A stretch of 64,000 nucleotides of DNA from an uncultured Gammaproteobacteria bacterium. Lineage in GTDB: Bacteria > Patescibacteriota > Microgenomatia > Curtissbacterales > GWA2-41-24. This document shows, in pieces, positions 35,780-44,043 of the stretch (positions are counted from its first letter, which is position 1; the number at the start of each line of letters is the position of its first letter). The notes under the pieces were generated by a model that saw only the letters and a list, made by a program, of their open reading frames with translations, searched no databases and was not told where the DNA came from. A program made the position numbers and the translations under genes. The stretch covers positions 3,614 to 67,613 of the forward strand of contig CAZLVB010000001.1 in NCBI GenBank assembly GCA_964562855.1, given 5' to 3'.

Positions 35780-38194
35780 TTAAAACTCTTTCTTTCGCCA
35801 AAAGATGAGACTGCCGATTAACAGCCCACCGATCGAGGCTAAAGATACTGCTGACCCCATTTTGAAAGACTTCGGTTCATAATTGAAACGGACCGAATGG
35901 AAGCCGCTAGGCACAGCCACTCCTCTTAAGGCATAATGGGCTCTCAAAAGAGGAGTTTTCCGGCCGTCAATTGTTACCTGCCAATCCGGGTCATAGGTAT
36001 CAGAGATAAAAAGAAGACTATTATAATCGGATTCAAAATCGATAACAATTTTATTCGGCTCGTAATTTAAAACTTTAGGGACTGTGATTTCAGAAGCCAA
36101 ATCGGTAATCTGAATGGGTGGTTCCTGCTCAAGAATTAAAGTCTCCAAATTAAAATTAGAATCATAAATTTTATTGATGATTTCTTGATCGTTTTTAGCA
36201 ACATGATACTTGGTGGTCATAAATATTCTGGGCAATGCTGTTTCCCTTAGGTAAACCTGAAACTTATCGTATTGCCAAAACCCGCTGACTTTGTCATTTG
36301 GAAATCTTTCGTAATGCCAATCTAAACCTGTTTTGGGATTATCCTCCTTATCCAATAAATATTTGACGCCTAATAGATCAAACAATCTTCTACGGTAGCC
36401 GTTTTCCTCATTGGGAACGACGGCATCGGACCTCAAATATGTTTCTGGGACTTGACCTGAGAAACTTGAAGCTAAAAGTTCTGCGTATCTTGAGTATCTT
36501 AAAGTATCGTAACCCTCAACAGCATAGACTTGATAATGAGTTGGAAAATTGAAATCTATATGAGCAGTTCCTCCACCGTAAAAACGGTCTATTCCCGCAT
36601 TATTTTTTAGCCAGTAAAATAGTGGGTGATCCGGAAAAATAAATTTCTTTGGGGCGACAGGTAAGAATTTGTTTGTATAATAAATGCCACCCATAAGAAC
36701 CATGGTAAAAATTCCCAAGATATAAATATATTTGAATATTTCTTTTTTTAGTTTCATTAATTTTTGTGCTCTTTGCAAAATTAAAATGCCTAAAGGTATT
36801 GCTAAAAACATTCCGGTTGGCAGAATTAAATTTCTCCGTGTCACTGCAAGATTGATAAGCCATGTTTCTTTGGGTTGTAAAAAATACTGACCGGATATTG
36901 CAAAGATCCAAAGCAGCAAATATACCCCTGCAATAGGAATCAAAAATTTCAAAAATCGCCTAAGGTATCCCTTATTTTGAAAATTTTTAATCAGATCTTC
37001 AAAACCAAACGCAGCCAGGATAATTAAGAAAAATATCGAAATCGAAATAAATCTGGAAGGTGTTGTTGAGTCTATAAGTGGAAGCCTAAAAACCTTTATT
37101 ACGTAAGTTATCGGTCCATTAACGGCAGACAATATGAAAAATAAAGAAGTGATTGTTGCAAATATTACGAATTTATATTTTCTTAATTTATATATTGCCC
37201 ATAAAGCAAAAACCAATGGAATTACACCAAAATAAGGGGTAAAATCCCCATACGATTGACTCCAGAAATTATTGTTTGCCGGATGTCCGAAAAAATCACT
37301 GGCAAAAAAAGTTATTAGGTTTTTAAAAGGCATGATCCCTAAGTCGAAGGCGTAAGTAGAAAATGGAAGGGATATCGGGGAAAGTTTATAAAAGTGATAA
37401 GTTGGTACTAGCTGAACAGCGACCAGCAAAAAGGAGCTTATGGTTATCAATGCTAGCCTAAGTAATCCTCCCTGACTAAATTTGAATTTATACAACCAAT
37501 AAATCAAGGCAGAGATGTAGAGATATATCGTTGTTTGAGGATGTCCCGCAAGAATTGCCATTGATAGTGAAATAGTCATCAATAAGGCAAATCGTGTTTT
37601 TGATTTTTCATGGTATTTGTTTATTGAATAAATTATTAGTGGTAGCCAAATGTAGCTGTGGGTAACATTACCGTTTTCCATCCATGTAATAAGATAACTG
37701 GAAAGCATAAAAGCGACTGCTCCAAACAAAGACGGGATTTTTGAAATGCTGAAACTTCTTATGGCTAAATACATAAAAATACCTCCAAGAAACGGCTGCA
37801 GCACAATGAGTAAAATCCAGGCGTTTTTGGGGTCTGTTAGAAAATAAAAACCAGTCAGCGGGTAAAACACGCTCGACTGAAAATTAGCCAAAAGGGGCTG
37901 GCCGGAAAATGTGTAAGGATTCCAAAGTGGAAATTCTCCTTTTTTAATTTGATTTAGCGCAAATTCTTTCCAGGGGTAAATCTGACGGACGCTATCTGCA
38001 CCTATCAGTTCCTTGTGTGTAGTCCATGGATTGTAACCTTCCCACCCGCCTGAATACCAAGGGAAGTAAAAGGAAACTAACAAATCGCCAGGTATTGGAT
38101 AAAGATCTTTCAAAAATATTTTGAAAAAAATAAGACAGGTAATCGCGAAAATGGCGAGTATAGGCATAATTTTTAGAAAAAAATTTTTTTTCAT
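35780..38194 (-). CDS. YfhO-family GT-C membrane protein
   Basis: 804 aa; DSVRQIYPW, FPLWNPYTFSGQPLLAN, AGHPQ, EGYD, ALPR, YDPDW..TIDG, G.HSVRF.YEP. Confidence 0.82.
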   Translation of the reverse strand: MKKNFFLKIMPILAIFAITCLIFFKIFLKDLYPIPGDLLVSFYFPWYSGGWEGYNPWTTHKELIGADSVRQIYPWKEFALNQIKKGEFPLWNPYTFSGQPLLANFQSSVFYPLTGFYFLTDPKNAWILLIVLQPFLGGIFMYLAIRSFSISKIPSLFGAVAFMLSSYLITWMENGNVTHSYIWLPLIIYSINKYHEKSKTRFALLMTISLSMAILAGHPQTTIYLYISALIYWLYKFKFSQGGLLRLALITISSFLLVAVQLVPTYHFYKLSPISLPFSTYAFDLGIMPFKNLITFFASDFFGHPANNNFWSQSYGDFTPYFGVIPLVFALWAIYKLRKYKFVIFATITSLFFILSAVNGPITYVIKVFRLPLIDSTTPSRFISISIFFLIILAAFGFEDLIKNFQNKGYLRRFLKFLIPIAGVYLLLWIFAISGQYFLQPKETWLINLAVTRRNLILPTGMFLAIPLGILILQRAQKLMKLKKEIFKYIYILGIFTMVLMGGIYYTNKFLPVAPKKFIFPDHPLFYWLKNNAGIDRFYGGGTAHIDFNFPTHYQVYAVEGYDTLRYSRYAELLASSFSGQVPETYLRSDAVVPNEENGYRRRLFDLLGVKYLLDKEDNPKTGLDWHYERFPNDKVSGFWQYDKFQVYLRETALPRIFMTTKYHVAKNDQEIINKIYDSNFNLETLILEQEPPIQITDLASEITVPKVLNYEPNKIVIDFESDYNSLLFISDTYDPDWQVTIDGRKTPLLRAHYALRGVAVPSGFHSVRFNYEPKSFKMGSAVSLASIGGLLIGSLIFWRKKEF

Positions 38195-39381
38195 TTAAGT
38201 TTTCTGACATGACTCTTTATGACTATCAAAAAAACTGTGATAAAAGCTGGAATAAAAAGAACTGTTTGAATAAAGCCGAGCGTTTGCGGCTGTGACCAGT
38301 CGCCGTAAAAAAGAAAAGGAAGGTAGCGCAAGCTTGCTCCTATAGAAAAGGCCAGAGCAATCGTTATCAATTTTATATTAGGCAAAAGAGCAACTATTGG
38401 GAGGGTCCAAAAAAGATACCACGGCTGGAACTGGACCTGCGTGGCTCCCGACGACACAAAAGGGACACTGATTCTAAATGTGGAGAATACAAAAGTGAAG
38501 ATGGTCATTGTTATCAAGCTTAGCATAACAACCCGTTTGGCTGATCGGCGGAAGAAAATTAACCAGGGTAGATTAAGTATCGATATATATTTAACAAAGA
38601 CCCCTATTAAGAGGGCAACATACGACCCTACAGTCTTTTTAAGAGTCAAAAGATAAATTGGCATTATTATAAAAGTTGCTAGGACGACATCATTGTGAGC
38701 ATTGGCGACGCCTTCGATCAGCAGTAAAGGGTTTAGGGCATAGAACGCTGTACCCAAAAGGACTTTTCCTGGATTTAATTTTTGGAGGATTTTATAAATT
38801 AGATAAGAGTTTACTAGGTGAAAAATACTTATAAAAACCTTGAAGGCAAAAAAATTGAGTAAAAATTTACCAAAACCTAATACTGCCGGGATAAGTGACA
38901 TGCCAAGCCACATTGGGCCATACGGTGAATATCGATGGACCCAGCGCATGAAACGTAACCATTCGTCCTGAGGAAAATCCAAAGGTCGATGAGTATAGGG
39001 ACTGGCATGATAATTGAGAATAATCTTGGCATCAAAAAGATAATTGAAAAGATCGGAAGATAAAAAGGGGTAGGCAAAAATCAAAACAGCAGTATTTGTA
39101 GCTATAGCTAATTTTAAATACTCCTTTGTTGTTTTTTTTCTGTTCAATAACCATAAATTGAATATGAAAAATAAAAAAGCAATTATTATAAACACCAGAT
39201 AGAGAGATGTCGCTAGCGGTCTATTAAAATATCCAAGTTTTTGCATTTGGCTTATAAATGCTAGGACGAGGTGGTTTTGGGATAAAGTAAGATTAAGATC
39301 TACGTAGGCATAAGAAAAAACTGTTACGAGACCGTAAAGTAGTAAGTTTACAAAAAGTAAAAATTTCTCAAAATTTGACAC
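38191..39381 (-). CDS. GT-C glycosyltransferase, MptA/MptB (polyprenyl-phosphomannose mannosyltransferase)-like
   Basis: 396 aa; LSSDLFNY, SPY...P, SPYGP.W, LNPL..IE....AHND, VKY, FQPWY..W. Confidence 0.7.
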   Translation of the reverse strand: MSNFEKFLLFVNLLLYGLVTVFSYAYVDLNLTLSQNHLVLAFISQMQKLGYFNRPLATSLYLVFIIIAFLFFIFNLWLLNRKKTTKEYLKLAIATNTAVLIFAYPFLSSDLFNYLFDAKIILNYHASPYTHRPLDFPQDEWLRFMRWVHRYSPYGPMWLGMSLIPAVLGFGKFLLNFFAFKVFISIFHLVNSYLIYKILQKLNPGKVLLGTAFYALNPLLLIEGVANAHNDVVLATFIIMPIYLLTLKKTVGSYVALLIGVFVKYISILNLPWLIFFRRSAKRVVMLSLITMTIFTFVFSTFRISVPFVSSGATQVQFQPWYLFWTLPIVALLPNIKLITIALAFSIGASLRYLPFLFYGDWSQPQTLGFIQTVLFIPAFITVFLIVIKSHVRKLK

Positions 39382-39402
39382 AAAACAAGCTTTCTTATTT
39401 TA

Positions 39403-40887
39403 CTATTTTAGAACCTTGATCAACACGTAGTCTTGATGCTCGGCTATAAGTTCATACCTATTTTTCTCAATATTATCCAAGTTGAGTCTCCAGCCTTCAG
39501 TTAATAATAAAAAAGGTTTTTTCCCAAAAGATATAATACCCTTAAGACTGTTTCTTGGAAACGGCTCACCTTGTACATGATAAACTTTTTTCTGTGAATA
39601 AAAGACAGCACCCGGCAGGAAAAATTCATTGTCAAGATATAAGGTTTCTGGCCGCATCCTTGCTGCCGTTGCGGTATACGCTAAACCACTTGTTGATTTA
39701 TCAAAAAGTTTAATCTCGTCTCTAAATTCGTAAATTTGCTTAAGTGATAAAGCCAAAATTAAGCAAATAGTAACTGCAGAAGCGATCGCTGTTTTATTTT
39801 TACGGATAAAAATAACGAATTTTTTAGGCAAAAAGTTTTTATTTAGAGTAACAACTTTTAGGGAGTAAAAAAGTATTTGATAAAGTGAGAATGCAATAAA
39901 AATCCCAAGTATAGGATAAAGGGGGATTAGATGCCAAATTTCTGTTTTTGAATTTGTTAAAAAACCGAATATAAGGATTAAAAACCAAATGTATAGCACA
40001 AAAAGTATCGGGGTTTTAAATAGAAATGCTACTGATCCGACAAGAGCAATTAGGGCGGGATAAAACCATTCTAGAATTCCATAATGCAGATAGACAAAGG
40101 TCAAAGAAGAACCAATCTCTTCAAAATTTGGTTTCACCTTAAACTCTGGTCTTAATCCAACATTTATCAAGTGATTTAAAAAATTCAAGCCGTAAACTTT
40201 GATATTTATAACTAGCCATGGGGCTAAAATTAATGAAAATAAAAAAACCCCTATTAAGGTTCTTTTAATTGGGGCTGATTTATTTTTAATAAACGTAAAG
40301 ATTAATATAATAAGAATCGGAGGTAAAATAGTCAGCCCAATGACTGACTTAGTTAGCAACGAAAAGGCAAAAGATATCGCAAACGGATAGACCCAGTTTA
40401 AGTTGTTTCTTATCTTAACGGCACAATAAAAGGTAAATAAATAAAAAAAGATAAAAACAGTATCTAAATTACCAGATCTTGCCCTTAAGATAAACCAGAC
40501 GGAGGAAAGTAACATTAAAGCCGCACCCATTCCAATGATCCGGTTAAAGAGGTTTTTACCAATAAGATACAAAGTTATAACCGAACCAAATCCCGCCAAT
40601 GCTGAGGGAAAGCGGGCAGCAAAATCTGTCACCCCAAATACTAAAAATGAGATTGCCATTAGCAAAAATGCCAAAGGCGGATGATCTATATATGGTGATT
40701 CGTTAAAATAAAGAATCAGGGGCTGGTAACTTGTTAAAATATTCCTTGCTATCTCTGCGTACCAGGCTTCATCGAAATCAACCAGGCTTGTCGCACCAAG
40801 ATTGTAAAAAAATAAAGGCGAAAAAACCAGAATGGTTATAATGGCGAAAATATCACTTTTGTATTTTTTAAGAAAATTTCTAACCAT
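39403..40887 (-). CDS. ArnT-like GT-C glycosyltransferase
   Basis: 494 aa; DFDEAWYAE.AR, DHPPL, FAARFPSA, ARSGNLD, LTKS. Confidence 0.8.
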   Translation of the reverse strand: MVRNFLKKYKSDIFAIITILVFSPLFFYNLGATSLVDFDEAWYAEIARNILTSYQPLILYFNESPYIDHPPLAFLLMAISFLVFGVTDFAARFPSALAGFGSVITLYLIGKNLFNRIIGMGAALMLLSSVWFILRARSGNLDTVFIFFYLFTFYCAVKIRNNLNWVYPFAISFAFSLLTKSVIGLTILPPILIILIFTFIKNKSAPIKRTLIGVFLFSLILAPWLVINIKVYGLNFLNHLINVGLRPEFKVKPNFEEIGSSLTFVYLHYGILEWFYPALIALVGSVAFLFKTPILFVLYIWFLILIFGFLTNSKTEIWHLIPLYPILGIFIAFSLYQILFYSLKVVTLNKNFLPKKFVIFIRKNKTAIASAVTICLILALSLKQIYEFRDEIKLFDKSTSGLAYTATAARMRPETLYLDNEFFLPGAVFYSQKKVYHVQGEPFPRNSLKGIISFGKKPFLLLTEGWRLNLDNIEKNRYELIAEHQDYVLIKVLK

Positions 40888-42311
40888 TAATTAACTTGGT
40901 GAATTTTGACAATTTTAATAAAATGGTCGAATCCAATAGAAACTGTTTTTGCGGGGAAACTTCTTTCGTACTTTATTTTTAAATAATAAGATGGTTCATC
41001 AAATCCAAAAACGTATAAGTTTCCACCCCCCTCTTGTGGCCCCTTCCCCAAGGCTTTGAACAAAAAGGGGTAACCGTTATTAATTGCAAGTGGCAAGCTG
41101 TAATGTACATTAAATGTGTCTTGGGCGGAATCACGGATAACATAGGTGACCGCTTCTTTTTTAATTCTGTAGTTGATTACACTTTTATAATTTATATTAC
41201 TTTTAATATTCATGAATAAAAAAAATGTAATAAATATTAAAAAGATAAGAAAATTTTTTCTGATTACAAAAGAAATAATAATGATAAATGGTAATAAGGA
41301 TTGTAGGAGGTAATAATCTGGAATATGTCCCTTGTAAAACAAGAATCCAAAAACTGGCAAGAATAACCATACAGGAAAAATAAAAAATAGGTTGTTTTTT
41401 TTCTTGAGTAGAAAATAGGTTCCTAATACAACAAGGCACAGAATGAATATCAGGAAAATAGTATTTGCAGATTGAAAAAGATAATTGGCAAAAAACGGCA
41501 GATTTATATTTCTAACAAGATAAATTGATTTATTGAAATAATTTTGAGAACCTGCGTTCTGGCTTATGAATTTTAGAAAATTTTCCCAAAGAATATTATC
41601 GTGCCTAAAATTAAAAATAATTAACGGAAGAAAGTTTAGTAAAAAAGCAGCAACTGCAAGTACAAAATAGAAATAATTTTTCCTTTCTCTTAAGAAAGCC
41701 GTTAAAATAAATGCGACGGCAGAAAAAATGAAAACCGGGTTAAAATTTACGGTAGCAATCCCCGCTATGAAAGCCCCTATTATCAAAAAAATACTTTTCC
41801 TCCTGAAATATTGATAAATCGAGTACATAAGTCCAATTGACGAAAGAAATAAGAAATAATTACTGTTGACTCCCCACTCATACGAAATTTGAGCAAAGGA
41901 TACTGAATAAATAATGGTAGAAATAAGAGCAGTCTTTGCGTCGAAAATGCTTCTTATCACAATATATAGAATTGGAATAGTGATAGTTCCTAAAATGGCG
42001 TAAAAATAAGGAACGCAATCCGGCAGAAGACTGCAAAACTTGTAGGGGATGAATTGAATCCAATTATGCAAAGGTCCAAGGTAAAATCCTTTGAAAGAAA
42101 GCTCTTGCCCTATAAGAGTTACCTTGTGATTTACAAAAAAGTCATATGCGGAATTTGCGGCATACTCCTGATCAAAATCGAAAGGGAATCCCTCACGAAT
42201 TTTGTAAAATCGCAAGAGTGCACCAGCTAAAATAACAAGTAAAAGCGGAATTGCGCCAACGTATCTATTTATAGATGCCCCGAAGGTCATTAAGGCGAAC
42301 TTTGACAACAT
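40887..42311 (-). CDS. GT-C (PMT_2-like) membrane glycosyltransferase
   Basis: LLRFY...FDFDQE, LIGQ, FYLGPL, FNFRH, PDYY. Start may be the ATG at 42290. Confidence 0.7.
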   Translation of the reverse strand: MLSKFALMTFGASINRYVGAIPLLLVILAGALLRFYKIREGFPFDFDQEYAANSAYDFFVNHKVTLIGQELSFKGFYLGPLHNWIQFIPYKFCSLLPDCVPYFYAILGTITIPILYIVIRSIFDAKTALISTIIYSVSFAQISYEWGVNSNYFLFLSSIGLMYSIYQYFRRKSIFLIIGAFIAGIATVNFNPVFIFSAVAFILTAFLRERKNYFYFVLAVAAFLLNFLPLIIFNFRHDNILWENFLKFISQNAGSQNYFNKSIYLVRNINLPFFANYLFQSANTIFLIFILCLVVLGTYFLLKKKNNLFFIFPVWLFLPVFGFLFYKGHIPDYYLLQSLLPFIIIISFVIRKNFLIFLIFITFFLFMNIKSNINYKSVINYRIKKEAVTYVIRDSAQDTFNVHYSLPLAINNGYPFLFKALGKGPQEGGGNLYVFGFDEPSYYLKIKYERSFPAKTVSIGFDHFIKIVKIHQVN

Positions 42312-43020
42312 CTCTCAGCATTCTTAAAGAGTCTTTTATTGGGCTAACCCTGGTGGTGGCAACATGATGCCAGATAATTGGTACTTCTTTGATTTTATAC
42401 CCGTGTTTTTTAGCAATGAATAATAATTCGACATCGAATGCCGTGACGAGTGCCCCCTTAATTCTCTTCCCCTTGCCATAAACCTTAAGTTTTCCAAATA
42501 ATTCCTTCGCAACATTACTCTTGAAACATTTGAATCCTGCCTGAGTATCCCAAATTCCCCTGACTGCAATAAATTGCACTACAAGATTAAAGACAAGCCC
42601 CATTAAGTGCCTATAAAACGGCTCCTTCTCCCTCTTTGCGCCAGGCAGTTGCCTTGAACCTATGACGATATCGTATTCGGGAAAATGAGGCAAGAGTTTT
42701 TCAATCTCTGAAATCGGTGTGGCTTGGTCAAAGTCGGTAAAAAGAACAAATTCTCCTTTTGCAGCGAGTACTCCAGTTTTGACAGTTTCGGCCTTACCTT
42801 GGTGAGGATTTTTAATTAAACGAAAGTTTTTGTATTTTTTGACAAATTTTTCTGCCAATTGCGAAGTTTTATCCTCAGAACCATCATCAATTATTATTGC
42901 TTCATAAGAATAATTCTGTTGATCAAGATACTGCGGAACTTGCGCCAGAAGCCCTTTTTCAAAATTTGGCTCTTCGTTATAGGCGGGAATAACAACAGAA
43001 AGGAAGATTTTGTCTGGCAT
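42265..43020 (-). CDS. GT2 polyprenyl-phosphate glucosyltransferase (ALG5/DPG synthase-like)
   Basis: SVVIPAYNEE, DDGSED, GKA..V..G, FTDFDQATP, IGSR, DTQAGFKCF, FDVELL, EVPI.W. Confidence 0.85.
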   Translation of the reverse strand: MPDKIFLSVVIPAYNEEPNFEKGLLAQVPQYLDQQNYSYEAIIIDDGSEDKTSQLAEKFVKKYKNFRLIKNPHQGKAETVKTGVLAAKGEFVLFTDFDQATPISEIEKLLPHFPEYDIVIGSRQLPGAKREKEPFYRHLMGLVFNLVVQFIAVRGIWDTQAGFKCFKSNVAKELFGKLKVYGKGKRIKGALVTAFDVELLFIAKKHGYKIKEVPIIWHHVATTRVSPIKDSLRMLRDVVKVRLNDLRGIYK

Positions 43021-43028
43021 TTAATTAT

Positions 43029-43085
43029 TATATCAGCAGATCGCTTTGGCACACTTCGTCGTGCCAAGAGCGCTCCTCTGATATA
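43029..43085. promoter_or_regulatory. Long imperfect inverted repeat overlapping the -10 (CTGCTGATATAAT) of the ALG5-like gene
   Basis: Outer arms TATATCAG/CTGATATA; inner arms TTGGCAC/GTGCCAA around an ACTTCGTC loop. Confidence 0.55.
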
Positions 43086-43117
43086 CTTTTAGCTTACACT
43101 AAAATCTGAGGTTTTGC

Positions 43118-44026
43118 CTATGCGTTGTCAAAAAGCATTTTTAGAAGTGCCATTCTGACGAAGACTCCGTTATGAGCTTGTTCGAAATAAAGGGCTCTGG
43201 GATCCGAATCTACTTCTTGGCTTATTTCATCAACGCGCGGTAGAGGGTGAAGTATTAACGCGGTTTTTTTAATATATTTTAGAGCTTTTTTGTCTAAAAT
43301 ATATTTACCTGAATATTTTTTGTAATCTTCGCCTAAGTATTCTTTAGGGATTCTAGTTTGATAAATTACGTCTGCTTTCTTAATTGCTTCTAAGTAATCT
43401 TCGGTTTCGGAAAATCGAACTTTTTTGGCGCTAAAATATTTTCTGAAATCGGTTGGGATACGTAAAGATTTCGGTGAAACGAAAATAATATTGACACTCG
43501 GATAATTTGCCAATAAATAGGAAAGAGAATGCACAGACCTGTAAACGGACAGTGCTCCTGCCATAGCTATGGTAAACCTGGGATTTTTGACTTTGGAAAA
43601 GATAGTGTATAGATCCAGCAACGCTTGAGTCGGATGCTCTCCGCCTCCGTCGCCCGCATTAATGACTGGCACGGTAGAATAGCTAGCCGCCAAGCGGGCC
43701 GAACCGATTTTTGGATGCCTAATTACTATAACATCGCAATAATCATCTACGATCCTTATGGTATCCTCGAGAGTTTCTCCTTTAATCGCTGATGAGAATT
43801 CCTTAGCGTTTTCTGTTGATATAGTTGACCCGCCTAATTTGATCATTGCCGATTCGAAAGAAAATCTAGTCCTGGTTGATGGTTCGTAAAAAAGCGTGGC
43901 CATTATTTTTTTGTTTAGAAAATTCTGATTGTATTTCCCATTCTGGATTTCGTCTGCAATTTTAAAAAGCTTAGTCACCGTATCTTTATCAAATTGCTGT
44001 GCCGAAATTATGTGTTTAATTCTCAT
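43118..44026 (-). CDS. pyrB: Aspartate carbamoyltransferase catalytic chain (divergent in the Asp-binding domain)
   Basis: FYEPSTRT, SAIKGETLED, IRH, NAGDG..EHPTQALLD, HPLPR.DEI, VRMAL. Confidence 0.85.
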   Translation of the reverse strand: MRIKHIISAQQFDKDTVTKLFKIADEIQNGKYNQNFLNKKIMATLFYEPSTRTRFSFESAMIKLGGSTISTENAKEFSSAIKGETLEDTIRIVDDYCDVIVIRHPKIGSARLAASYSTVPVINAGDGGGEHPTQALLDLYTIFSKVKNPRFTIAMAGALSVYRSVHSLSYLLANYPSVNIIFVSPKSLRIPTDFRKYFSAKKVRFSETEDYLEAIKKADVIYQTRIPKEYLGEDYKKYSGKYILDKKALKYIKKTALILHPLPRVDEISQEVDSDPRALYFEQAHNGVFVRMALLKMLFDNA

Positions 44027-44032
44027 AGTCTG

Positions 44033-44038
44033 ATTATA
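44033..44038 (-). promoter_or_regulatory. -10 element TATAAT, 6 nt upstream of the pyrB ATG
   Basis: Consensus hexamer in a 17-nt gap; no room for an SD sequence. Confidence 0.55.
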
Positions 44039-44043
44039 CTGCT

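Noticed and set aside
39403-40887. Calling this gene arnT (lipid A L-Ara4N modification)
   Set aside because: No arnA/B/D or lipid A genes in the window; only family-level similarity is supported.
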